From Planctomycetota bacterium (GTDB lineage Bacteria; Planctomycetota; UBA1135; UBA2386), in NCBI GenBank assembly GCA_947501605.1, contig CANMWZ010000004.1, positions 143,349 to 207,348 on the forward strand: a stretch of 64,000 nucleotides of DNA, in the 5' to 3' direction. Position 1 is the stretch's first letter. The number at the start of each line of letters is the position of its first letter. Made by a program: the position numbers and the translations under genes. The notes below the pieces were generated by a model. It worked only from the letters and a program-made list of their open reading frames with translations. It was not told the origin of the DNA and did no database searches. This document shows positions 19,761-29,038 of this stretch, in pieces.

Positions 19761-20861
19761 ATGCGTTTCCTCCCTCTCGTCGGCGTCCTTGCCGCATGCA
19801 GCTTCTTGCCGGCGCAGACCGCGGCCTTCAGCACCTACGGCGCCGGCTGTTACAGCCAGCGTGCCAGCTTCTTCGAGGTCTTTCCGACCAACGCCTTCGA
19901 CCTGTCGGGGACCACGGCCAATCCGCGCGGTTATTCGATGATCAACATTGGGCAGGGCTGGCTCGTGTTGCCATTGCTCAGTGGCTGGCGCACGCCGTCG
20001 GCGGCGGCCCAAGTCGTGACGCTCCTGGATGACTCGGTCTCGCCGCCGTTGGCGTTTGGCTTCACGATGCCCTACCCGGGGGGGACGACGGACAGCGTGT
20101 GGGCCAGTTCGAACGGGTTCTGCTACCTCGCCTCGGACTCGAGCAACGGTTGCTGCAGTGGCGATGCGGCGCAGATGCTCGCAGGCGCGCCGCGCATCGC
20201 CGGCTTGTGGATGGATCTCAACCCTGCGGCCGGCGGCCAGATCACTTTGGATCGCGACACGCAGAACGGCGGCGTTGCCTACTTGACCTACAGCGGTGTG
20301 CCCGAGTTTGGCGCCAGTGGCTCGCTGACCTTCCAGGTCGCCTTCTATTCGTTTGGCCAGATCGACGTGCTCTACGGCCCCTGCATGAACGCCGGCCACA
20401 CCGCGCTCTCTGGCTGGAGCCCTGGTCGCGGCGTCGCCAGCCCCGGCGCAATGAACCTGTCGGCCCTGCTGCAAAACGTCATCATCACCGGCCCGGACCA
20501 AGATCCGTTGGTGTTGTCGAGCACCGGGCGTCCGCGCCTTGGCACATCGATGCCCGTGGCGATCACCAACGTGCCGAACACGTCGCCGTTCGTCTGGATT
20601 GCCGTCGGTTCGACCCAGTATCCAAACGGCGTCGACCTCGGCGCCATCGGCATGTCTGGCTGCGTGCAGTACGCGAGCTTCGAAAACGCGTTCGGGGCGC
20701 CGACCGTGGGGGCGACGGCGACGTGGCAGCTCGGGGTCCCCAACGCCACCGGGCTGATCGGTCAGCGCGCCTACCTTCAGGCACTGGCAATGGCCCCTGA
20801 TCTGAACAGTCTGGGTCTGATCGTCTCCAACGCCGCGAACCTGCTGGTGGGCACGCTCTGA
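19761..20861 (+). CDS. Secreted protein with nidogen/NIDO-like central region and the shared C-terminal domain
   Basis: Signal peptide MRFLPLVGVLAACSFLPAQ; DDSVSPPLAFGFTMPYPG, WASSNG, IAGLWMDL and TFQVAF are NIDO-like; C-terminus VDLGAIGMSGC...YLQA...GLIVSN. Confidence 0.85.
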   Translation: MRFLPLVGVLAACSFLPAQTAAFSTYGAGCYSQRASFFEVFPTNAFDLSGTTANPRGYSMINIGQGWLVLPLLSGWRTPSAAAQVVTLLDDSVSPPLAFGFTMPYPGGTTDSVWASSNGFCYLASDSSNGCCSGDAAQMLAGAPRIAGLWMDLNPAAGGQITLDRDTQNGGVAYLTYSGVPEFGASGSLTFQVAFYSFGQIDVLYGPCMNAGHTALSGWSPGRGVASPGAMNLSALLQNVIITGPDQDPLVLSSTGRPRLGTSMPVAITNVPNTSPFVWIAVGSTQYPNGVDLGAIGMSGCVQYASFENAFGAPTVGATATWQLGVPNATGLIGQRAYLQALAMAPDLNSLGLIVSNAANLLVGTL

Positions 20862-20910
20862 GCCGCGAGCATTCGCTGGCCGCAAAGCGATCGGGCTCCT
20901 GGCGCGGTGA

Positions 20911-21213
20911 TCAGGACGGGTCTTGGTCGATCACTTCGTAGAGACCCTGCCCGATGGCCTTCAAGCGGCCTTTCTGTTCGAGCGCCTGCCACACTTCCGG
21001 CGGGTACTGATCGGGCGGCCGCACCCCGACGATGCCCGAGCGCCCGCCCTTGCTCATCGGATCGTGGCCAAGTCGCGACTCGTCGTCGAGGCGCGTGACC
21101 TTGAGCCGCTTCTTCAGCGCCTTCATCGCGCGCTGCAGCGTCTCCTTGGTGAACGTGCCATCGGGGTTCCGTTCGACGATGTTGGGATTGGGCTGTCCGG
21201 GTTGGTTGGTCAC
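20911..21213 (-). CDS. Small conserved hypothetical protein (type recalled from planctomycetes)
   Basis: KALKKRLKVTRLDDESRLG...PPDQYPPEVWQAL..GRL; coding-like codon usage; GTG start. Confidence 0.75.
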   Translation of the reverse strand: MTNQPGQPNPNIVERNPDGTFTKETLQRAMKALKKRLKVTRLDDESRLGHDPMSKGGRSGIVGVRPPDQYPPEVWQALEQKGRLKAIGQGLYEVIDQDPS

Positions 21214-21262
21214 AACTCGATCATCGCGCGTGGTCTGTCCCGTGGCTAGGCTGCGCCAACCG

Positions 21263-22231
21263 ATGGGTCGCTCGCTACCTCTCTTCTTGCCGTTGGCGGT
21301 CGCGAGTTCCGTCGCGGCGCAGACGATCGACCAGATTCGCGACGAGGTCCGGAACTTGGCTTCGGCCGAGCGCTACTCGCTCTTCGTTGCCTCGATCGGC
21401 AGTTTGCTGCGCGACGGCGAGATGACAGGCGGCAAGTTTCAGATCGACTCCGAGCCGAGTTCGGAGGTCACGCGCATCGGTCTGCCGATCCAGAAGAACT
21501 GGTTTGGTCCGAAGGACGGCGACTCGCTGCGTTTTGAAGGCACTCTGGGCTACAGCGACCTGTCGCTTGCTGTTCCCGACATCTGGTCGGGAGCCCTCCC
21601 TGGTCAAGAGACGCGGGTGACCACTGACTTCGCGGCCTGGACCGTCGATGTCGGTATCGGTCCAAGCGTGGCTTTGGGCGGTGGCTACCTCGGCCAGGTC
21701 CTCGTGCACGGAGGCCTGGGCTACCTCTCGAACGATGCCGAGTATTCGGGGCCTGGGGCGGCGATCACCCGATCGCTCCTCGATGGCATCCTGTTCAACT
21801 GGGACGGGCTCTATGGTGTCTATGGCGCGTCGGCCGCAGTGCGCAACCTGGACCGGCACGCTGGCTCGGCGGAAGTCCGACCGATGTTGCGCTACGACGT
21901 GCGCCAGACCGAGAGCCTCGACGTGGATGACGTGGCGCTGAATGCCAGCGACTCGACGCAATGGATGACAGCGCGATGTGACGTGCGCGCCTCGCTCGGC
22001 GTGGATCTGGCTGGCAAGCCGCTGCACTCGCTCGCGGGCGTCGGGTATCGACGTTGGCTCGGCAGTGCACAGCGAGAGCTCGAGTTCGTCGACTTCTATG
22101 AGGTCACAGGGGGGCTCGACTGGGATTCCGCGCCGGTGGCGGACGTGTTCGGTACGGTCCGTGTCACAGCCTCGCTGTTGCTTGGCGAGGATATCCACGG
22201 CTGGTCGGTGGGCGGCAGCGCGTCGTTCTGA
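21263..22231 (+). CDS. Outer-membrane beta-barrel protein (solitary autotransporter-like)
   Basis: Signal peptide, alternating amphipathic strands and a terminal Phe (GWSVGGSASF). Confidence 0.7.
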   Translation: MGRSLPLFLPLAVASSVAAQTIDQIRDEVRNLASAERYSLFVASIGSLLRDGEMTGGKFQIDSEPSSEVTRIGLPIQKNWFGPKDGDSLRFEGTLGYSDLSLAVPDIWSGALPGQETRVTTDFAAWTVDVGIGPSVALGGGYLGQVLVHGGLGYLSNDAEYSGPGAAITRSLLDGILFNWDGLYGVYGASAAVRNLDRHAGSAEVRPMLRYDVRQTESLDVDDVALNASDSTQWMTARCDVRASLGVDLAGKPLHSLAGVGYRRWLGSAQRELEFVDFYEVTGGLDWDSAPVADVFGTVRVTASLLLGEDIHGWSVGGSASF

Positions 22232-22982
22232 AGCGCACAGACGGCGAAGGCGCGTGCCGCTACGACGGTCAGACCTTCACCGCGTTCGTCAGTGTGGTGG
22301 AGTTGTGTTGCGGAGTTGTGTGGCGGATTGACGCGCAACCAAATGCACGACACCCACGCGGGAAGGGACCTCCGGGTCCTGTGGTGGCCTGTCGGGCTGC
22401 TATGGAAACGGCGTCGTCCGCATCAGGCGCGACCGGCCCTTTCGATCGTGAACGAGCAACGCCAGCTTCACGTACGGGTCGCTCACGTTGCCGCTCCTCG
22501 ACCTCGCCTTCGCTCCTCGGCCTCGCTCTCCGGCTTGTTGGGAAACCACTTCTAGCGCCTCCAACGGCCTCATCTCTGGCGCTTGCGCAACAGGGTCGTG
22601 CCGCCCTGCAACCGGTCTTCAGCCGGATGCTGCGAGGGCGCGCGATGCGTCATCATCGAGCCCGCGCGAGCTCGATCCGGCATGCCCGTCGCCGTTCACA
22701 CTGGGTCGCATGGACCGTCTCTACGCCTGCGGTCCAATCGTCTCTACGCCCATTGACGAGGAGGAATCGGCAGATCAGCTACGCCTTCCTGCTAGGGCGC
22801 TATATCCCCAGTGAGTAGGAGTGCCCGATTTCTTGAGCGGGATCCGGGAATTCTTCGAGAGGGCTCAATCCCGCTCCTTGGACGCGACGATCAGGCGGCG
22901 TCGGGCGTGCGCGGCCTCGCCGCGAAATCTCGCCGAAGACAGGATGGCAAGCAGAGGACCCAGTTGGGTCATCGAGTGCGAT

Positions 22983-25352
22983 ATGAACGAGATGGACGAA
23001 GTCCTGAAGGAGTTTCTCGTCGAGAGCTACGAGAACATGGATCGCCTCGATCGCGATCTCGTGACGCTCGAGGATCGCCCCGAAGATCGTGAGACTCTCG
23101 CATCGATCTTCCGCACGATTCACACCATCAAGGGCACGTGCGGGTTCCTCGGCTTTGGCAAGCTCGAGAAAGTCACTCACGTTGGTGAGAGCCTGCTGAC
23201 GCGGCTGCGCGACGGTTCGCTCAAGGTCAATGGCGAGATCACGACGGCGTTGCTGTCACTCGTCGATGCCGTGCGGTCCATGTTGACGCATCTTGAGTCC
23301 CACGGCGACGAAGGCGTGCGCGACGATTCGCAGCTGGTTCACGAACTCGTGCGTCTGAACGACGCGGTTCCGAAGGCGAAGGCCATGTCTGCGAGTGCGA
23401 CGTCTCTGCCAGCAAAGTCGGCCTCCGCCGTTGCCGAGAAGGCAGAGGTCCAGATCGCATCCAAGACGGTTGTCGAGTCGGCGCCAGCGCCGGTGGCAGC
23501 ATCCGACGACAGCGTTGGCGCGACCAAGGTGCTGGACGCAAGGCACATGGTCCTCGACGCCTCACCGTCAAGCCGTGACGCCAGCCATGACGGTCACGTC
23601 GACGAGCAGGAAGCGTCCCCGCCAACCCCGGCATCGCCCACGCCGACACTGGCAAAGAGTGCCGAGAAGGCGCCCGAGAAGGTGGCCGATGAGTCCAAGG
23701 TCTCGGACTCGAACGTCCGCGTCGACGTTGGTCTGCTCGACAAGTTGATGAACTTGGTGGGCGAACTGGTCCTCGCACGCAACCAGATTCTTCAGCATGG
23801 CGCGGCGGGCGAGGACGCCGCGTTCCTGGCCACGAGCCAGCGACTCAACATCATCACCACGGAGCTGCAGGAAGGGGTCATGAAGACCCGCATGCAGCCC
23901 ATCGGTACGATCTGGGGCAAGCTCCCACGCGTCGTCCGCGATCTCGCCTTGATGTGCGGCAAGCAAGTCCGCGTCGAGATGGAAGGCAAGAACACGGAGC
24001 TCGATCGCACCATCATTGAGGCGATCAAGGACCCGTTGACGCACATCGTCCGCAACTCAGTCGATCATGGGATCGAGAGCCCGCAGGAGCGCGTTCAGAA
24101 CGGCAAGTCGGGCGAGGGCCGCCTGTTGCTGCGGGCCTACCACGAGGGCGGCCAGGTCATCATCGAGATCGCCGACGATGGCGGTGGCATCCGTCTCGAC
24201 AAGGTCAAGGCGAAGGCCGTCGAGAAGGGGCTCATTACTGCGGAGCAGTCGACCCGCATGTCCGAGCGCGAAGCGCTCAACCTGATCTTCCTGCCGGGGT
24301 TCTCGACAGCAGCCAAGGTGACGAACGTCTCCGGCCGCGGCGTCGGCATGGACGTGGTCCGTACCAACATCGAGAAGATCGGCGGTGCCGTCGACATCTC
24401 GACTCGCGCTGGCGCGGGCACCACGCTGCGCATCAAGATCCCATTGACGCTCGCGATCATTCCCGCGCTGGTGGTCAATTGCGACGGCGAGCGCTTTGCG
24501 ATCCCGCAGGTGAGTCTGCTCGAACTGCTGCGGCTCGAGATGAGCGATTCGGGCACGGGCATCGAGCACATCCGCGGCACGCCGGTGTACCGGCTGCGCG
24601 GCAACCTGCTGCCGCTCGTCTACCTGAATCGGGTGCTCGGGTTGAAGCCAAGAGAACAGGACCATGTGAACATCGTCGTTGTCCAGGCTGACGGTCGTCC
24701 CTTCGGGCTCGTGGTCGATGCGATCAACGACACGGAGGAAATCGTCGTCAAGCCACTCGGCAAGCTGCTGAAGGGACTGCAGTGCTATGCAGGTGCGACC
24801 ATCATGGGTGACGGCAAGGTGGCCCTTATCCTTGATGTGATGGGGATCGCGCAGCAAGGTCGAATCGGAGGGGAAGGGCGCGATCGTCAGAGCAACAGCG
24901 CCGCGGACGGCAAACTCCCAACGGGCAACCGGCAGACGCTGCTGCTTGTTCAGGTCGGAGAAAGTCGCCGCCTCGCCGTTCCGCTCCAACTGGTTGCACG
25001 CCTCGAGGAGTTCTCTTCAGCTGCGGTGGAGTTCGCATCCGGCCAGCCGGTCGTGCAGTACCGCGACCAGATCCTGCCGCTGATCGACCTGCCGCAGATG
25101 TTTGCTTGCACGCCGGCGCTCGGCGGCGAGGAACGGCAGCTCCAGGTAATCGTCTACAACAGCGGCCAGGGTGGTGTTGGGTTCGTGGTCGACCGAATCC
25201 TCGACATCGTCGACGAGGACGTCGCTGTCAGTCGCAAAGCGCAATCGCACGGTCTGCTCGGCTCTGCCGTCATTCAGTCAAAGGTCACAGACCTTCTCGA
25301 CGTGGCGAGTCTGGTCGACAGCCTGCTCACAGAAACTGGGAGCGGATCATGA
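22983..25352 (+). CDS. cheA: Chemotaxis histidine kinase CheA (Hpt, dimer, HATPase, two CheW-like domains)
   Basis: IFRTIHTIKG, LMNLVGELVL, HIVRNSVDHG, DDGGG, GFST and SGRGVGMDVV; extra C-terminal CheW-like domain. Confidence 0.96.
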   Translation: MNEMDEVLKEFLVESYENMDRLDRDLVTLEDRPEDRETLASIFRTIHTIKGTCGFLGFGKLEKVTHVGESLLTRLRDGSLKVNGEITTALLSLVDAVRSMLTHLESHGDEGVRDDSQLVHELVRLNDAVPKAKAMSASATSLPAKSASAVAEKAEVQIASKTVVESAPAPVAASDDSVGATKVLDARHMVLDASPSSRDASHDGHVDEQEASPPTPASPTPTLAKSAEKAPEKVADESKVSDSNVRVDVGLLDKLMNLVGELVLARNQILQHGAAGEDAAFLATSQRLNIITTELQEGVMKTRMQPIGTIWGKLPRVVRDLALMCGKQVRVEMEGKNTELDRTIIEAIKDPLTHIVRNSVDHGIESPQERVQNGKSGEGRLLLRAYHEGGQVIIEIADDGGGIRLDKVKAKAVEKGLITAEQSTRMSEREALNLIFLPGFSTAAKVTNVSGRGVGMDVVRTNIEKIGGAVDISTRAGAGTTLRIKIPLTLAIIPALVVNCDGERFAIPQVSLLELLRLEMSDSGTGIEHIRGTPVYRLRGNLLPLVYLNRVLGLKPREQDHVNIVVVQADGRPFGLVVDAINDTEEIVVKPLGKLLKGLQCYAGATIMGDGKVALILDVMGIAQQGRIGGEGRDRQSNSAADGKLPTGNRQTLLLVQVGESRRLAVPLQLVARLEEFSSAAVEFASGQPVVQYRDQILPLIDLPQMFACTPALGGEERQLQVIVYNSGQGGVGFVVDRILDIVDEDVAVSRKAQSHGLLGSAVIQSKVTDLLDVASLVDSLLTETGSGS

Positions 25353-25810
25353 GCACTGCCACAACGGCCCAATACTGCACGTTCACGCTCGATGGCCTGT
25401 ACTTCGGCGTCGACGTCCTCAAGGTGCAAGAAGTCATTCGCTACCAGGAGATGACGCGCATCCCCGGTGCGCCACCGGTCGTGGCAGGTCTCATCAACCT
25501 TCGTGGCCAACTGGTAACGGCGCTGGATCTACGGCACCGGCTCGAACTGCCGCCGCGATCCGAGGGTCAGCTGCCCATGAATGTCGTTGTCCGCACCGAC
25601 GAGGGTGCCACCAGCCTGTTGGTAGACGACATCGGTGACGTCATTGAGGTCGACGACGCGACGCACGAGCGTCCGCCGGAGACCATCGACGCCATGACGC
25701 GGGATGTGGTTCGTGGCGTACACAAGCTCGAAGGGCGCCTACTACTGCTCTTGGATATCGAGAAGCTCATCACTTCTTCCGGAACGGGATCCGGAAAGAA
25801 GGACGCATAA
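25349..25810 (+). CDS. cheW: CheW adaptor
   Basis: VQEVIR, GLINLRGQLV and LLVDDIGDV. Confidence 0.95.
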   Translation: MSTATTAQYCTFTLDGLYFGVDVLKVQEVIRYQEMTRIPGAPPVVAGLINLRGQLVTALDLRHRLELPPRSEGQLPMNVVVRTDEGATSLLVDDIGDVIEVDDATHERPPETIDAMTRDVVRGVHKLEGRLLLLLDIEKLITSSGTGSGKKDA

Positions 25811-25869
25811 TTCCTCAACGAACGACTCACTACCAGGACTCTGGCACCTGACGCCAAGATAACAGACCC

Positions 25870-27279
25870 ATGATCACCACAGACTCAGTTGTCACAGCTG
25901 CCTCCGCGCGTGTTACGGACAGCCTCGAAGGCCTGAAGAGCGCGATGGAAGCGTTGCAGACCAATGTCTTGGTCGCCGATCCGGAGTTTCGGATCATCTA
26001 CGCCAATCCGCGAGCCATTAGCACTCTCCGCACTCTGGCTGGTGAGATTCAGAAGAACTTCGGCGTTCGCGTCGACGACATCCTGGGCGGGTCGATCCAT
26101 CGCTTTCACAAGGACCCGACTCGCATCGAGCGGATTCTCCACGACCCGCGGTCGATGCCTCATGAGGCGGCCTTCACCTTCGGCTCCGTGACGCTGTCGA
26201 CGCGGATCAACCGCATTCCTGGCCAAGGCGGAACCGCCGGCTACATCGTTGCCTGGGACGACGTCTCCGAGAAGATGCGGATGGAAGCGGAGGCCAAGGC
26301 CGCGCAGGAGCGCGAGCAAACTGCGCAAAAGGACCTTCGCCACAAAGTAGACGTGTTGCTCAACGTCGTCGATGCTGCGGCGAATGGCGACATGACCCGC
26401 GAGGTCCCAGGCCTTGGCACAGATGCAATCGGGCAATTGTCGACGGCACTCGCGCGGTTGCTCACCACGACCCGTACGAGCATTGGCCAGATGGCGCAGT
26501 CGTCGCAGGCGCTGGCAGCCTCATCCGAAGAATTGACTGCCGTGTCGCAGTCGATGGGGGCCGAGGCCGAGGAGACTTCGGCGCAGGCCAACGTAGTGTC
26601 AGCCGCCTCCGAAGAAGTGTCACGCAACGTCCAGAGTGTTGCGACCGGTACCGAGGAGATGTCCGCTTCGATTCGTGAGATCGCCAAGAGTGCCAATGAA
26701 GCGACCAAGGTCGCTGGCCAGGCGGTGAAGGTTGCCGACAGCACCAACGCTACGATTGCCAAGCTCGGGGTCTCTAGCGCCGAGATCGGCAAAGTGATCA
26801 AGGTGATCACGTCGATTGCGCAGCAGACAAACCTCCTGGCTCTCAATGCGACCATTGAAGCCGCACGCGCGGGTGAGGCAGGCAAGGGCTTTGCGGTTGT
26901 CGCCAACGAGGTCAAGGAGTTGGCCAAGGAGACCGCGAAGGCGACCGAGGACATCAGCCAGAAAATCGAGGCGATCCAGGAGGACACGCGAGGTGCCGTC
27001 GAGGCGATCGGGCGAATCGGCCAGATCATCAACGAGATCAATAGCATCCAGAACACCATCGCGAGCGCAGTCGAAGAGCAGACGGCGACCACCAACGAGA
27101 TCGGTCGCAGTGTCACCGAGGCGGCGACAGGAACGGCAGAGATTGCACACACGATCACCGGGGTGGCTACAGCGGCGAGATCGACCACGCAGGGCTGCAC
27201 CAATGTGCTGGGCGCCGCTACCGAGTTGTCCAAGATGGCGGCGGATCTCCAAAAGCTGGTGGCACGGTTCCGATACTGA
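25870..27279 (+). CDS. Soluble methyl-accepting chemotaxis protein with Aer2-like PAS domain
   Basis: No transmembrane helix; PAS motif NVLVAD..IIYAN...IHRFHKDP...VAWDDVS; signalling hairpin QTNLLALNATIEAARAGEAGKGFAVVANEVKELA. Confidence 0.93.
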   Translation: MITTDSVVTAASARVTDSLEGLKSAMEALQTNVLVADPEFRIIYANPRAISTLRTLAGEIQKNFGVRVDDILGGSIHRFHKDPTRIERILHDPRSMPHEAAFTFGSVTLSTRINRIPGQGGTAGYIVAWDDVSEKMRMEAEAKAAQEREQTAQKDLRHKVDVLLNVVDAAANGDMTREVPGLGTDAIGQLSTALARLLTTTRTSIGQMAQSSQALAASSEELTAVSQSMGAEAEETSAQANVVSAASEEVSRNVQSVATGTEEMSASIREIAKSANEATKVAGQAVKVADSTNATIAKLGVSSAEIGKVIKVITSIAQQTNLLALNATIEAARAGEAGKGFAVVANEVKELAKETAKATEDISQKIEAIQEDTRGAVEAIGRIGQIINEINSIQNTIASAVEEQTATTNEIGRSVTEAATGTAEIAHTITGVATAARSTTQGCTNVLGAATELSKMAADLQKLVARFRY

Positions 27280-27331
27280 GCATCGCATCAGAGCGCACAC
27301 AGTGGCTCTGGTTGGCAACAAGAGAAACAAC

Positions 27332-27703
27332 ATGAAGGCACTTCTCGTGGACGACTCTCGCGCGATGCGCATGATCCTGGCGCGGACGCTGAAGGAAATT
27401 GGTTTCGAGGTTACGGAGGCGGGCCACGGCCTCGAGGCTCTGGAGCGACTCAGGACCTCGGGGCCGTTCGATCTGGCCCTGGTGGACTGGAACATGCCAG
27501 AGATGGATGGACTCACCTTTGTGACTGCGGTGAGAACGGGACAGCTCGCCACAGCGATGCGAATTGTCATGGTGACGACCGAGTCGGAGGCCGATCGGGT
27601 CGCCGCGGCGCTCGCGGCAGGGGCAGACGAGTATGTGACCAAGCCCTTCACCAAGGACGCGCTCACATCAAAGCTGAGCATGATTGGTTTGCTCGGGGTT
27701 TGA
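27332..27703 (+). CDS. cheY: CheY-like response regulator
   Basis: LVDDS, DWNMPEMDG, MVTTE and KPF. Confidence 0.92.
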   Translation: MKALLVDDSRAMRMILARTLKEIGFEVTEAGHGLEALERLRTSGPFDLALVDWNMPEMDGLTFVTAVRTGQLATAMRIVMVTTESEADRVAAALAAGADEYVTKPFTKDALTSKLSMIGLLGV

Positions 27704-27746
27704 GAGTCGTAGCGGGTTCCGATCATCCAACTGAGGCCACGACCCC

Positions 27747-28571
27747 ATGACCATTCAGACTGTTGATTTCGACTACGTCCGTACGGTGCTCAAGCAGCGA
27801 GCGGCGATCGTCATCGATCCCGGCAAGGAGTACCTTGTGGAAGCCCGCCTGACTCCCATTGCGCGGGCAATGGGTTGCGACGGACTTGGCGGCCTCGTCG
27901 ACAAGTTGAAGGCGGGACCCAACTCACCGCTGATGACGCGCGTCATCGAGGCGATGACCACCAACGAGACGTCGTGGTTCCGCGACATGCACCCCTTCGA
28001 AGCCTTGCGGACCAAAGTGATTCCTGAGGTTCTCGCTACGCGTGCTGCCGAGCGGACGATTCGGATGTGGTGCGGCGCCGCATCGAGTGGGCAAGAGCCG
28101 TTCACGGTCTTGATCATGCTGGCTGAGCGTTTCCCGCAGCTCAAGGATTGGACCATCGACTTCGTCGCCACGGACCTGTCCTCCGAGATGATCGCCAAGT
28201 GCCAGAGCGGCAAATTCTCGCAGCTCGAGATGAACCGAGGCATGCCAACCCCGCTGCTGCTGAAGTACTTCGAACGCGAGGGCCTCGATTGGCGCGTGAA
28301 GCCAGAGATCCGCTCGCGGGTCACGTTCAAGACGATGAACCTGGCCACCCCGTGGCCGCAGATGCGGACGATGGACATCGTGTTCCTCCGCAACGTCATG
28401 ATCTATTTCGATGTGCCGACCAAGCGGCAGATCCTGAGTGGGATCCACCGCTTGCTCAGGCCGGGTGGCTGGCTCTTCCTCGGAAGCGCGGAGTCGACAC
28501 TCGGCATTCACGAGGGGTTCGAGCGCGTCGCCGAAGGCAAATCCGTCCTCTACCGTCCTAACAGGGTCTGA
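27747..28571 (+). CDS. cheR: Chemoreceptor methyltransferase CheR
   Basis: TTNETSWFRD, AASSGQEP, FLRNVMIYF and LFLGSAE. Confidence 0.95.
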   Translation: MTIQTVDFDYVRTVLKQRAAIVIDPGKEYLVEARLTPIARAMGCDGLGGLVDKLKAGPNSPLMTRVIEAMTTNETSWFRDMHPFEALRTKVIPEVLATRAAERTIRMWCGAASSGQEPFTVLIMLAERFPQLKDWTIDFVATDLSSEMIAKCQSGKFSQLEMNRGMPTPLLLKYFEREGLDWRVKPEIRSRVTFKTMNLATPWPQMRTMDIVFLRNVMIYFDVPTKRQILSGIHRLLRPGGWLFLGSAESTLGIHEGFERVAEGKSVLYRPNRV

Positions 28572-28574
28572 GCT

Positions 28575-29027
28575 ATGCAAGTCACCGACAACACTGTCAA
28601 TCAAGTAGTTGCAGAAGTGTTCAGCACGATGCTCGGGATCGAAGTCATGCCCGTAGCCGCCTGCGACACGAACTTCGCCGGCACGACGATCGCTGCGTGC
28701 ATTCACCTGACTGGTGCATGCACTGGTTCGATCATCGTGGAGGTTCCCGAGATGTTTGGCCGGCGCGCAGCGGCGGCGATGTTCGGATCGGACGCAGCGG
28801 CACTCAGCGATGGCGAAGTCAAAGATGCCCTTGGCGAGGTGGCCAACATGGTCGCCGGCGCACTGCGACTGGCGCTGCCGACGCCCAACCAGATCTCGCT
28901 GCCTTCCGTCGTCGAAGGCCGCGCGCTGTCGTGGCGCGTGCCGGGCTGCACGATGGCGTTGGAAACGTGCTTCGAGTCCGAGGGGAGTCAGATTCGCGTA
29001 AGTCTTCTCGATCGGTTGCCGAAATAG
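28575..29027 (+). CDS. cheX: CheX-family phosphatase
   Basis: DALGEVANMVAG and ISLPSV. Confidence 0.9.
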   Translation: MQVTDNTVNQVVAEVFSTMLGIEVMPVAACDTNFAGTTIAACIHLTGACTGSIIVEVPEMFGRRAAAAMFGSDAAALSDGEVKDALGEVANMVAGALRLALPTPNQISLPSVVEGRALSWRVPGCTMALETCFESEGSQIRVSLLDRLPK

Positions 29028-29038
29028 CGCCTCCGACG

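Noticed and set aside
17655..20885. 1076-aa ORF suggesting a helicase with a large novel N-terminus
   Set aside because: The first ~450 codons are the divergent intergenic region plus the antisense of the real 19761..20861 gene; helicase homology starts near 19535.
22900..22945. Possible sigma-28 promoter (GCCGAAGA) upstream of cheA
   Set aside because: No correctly spaced -35 TAAA-like element, so the match is too weak.
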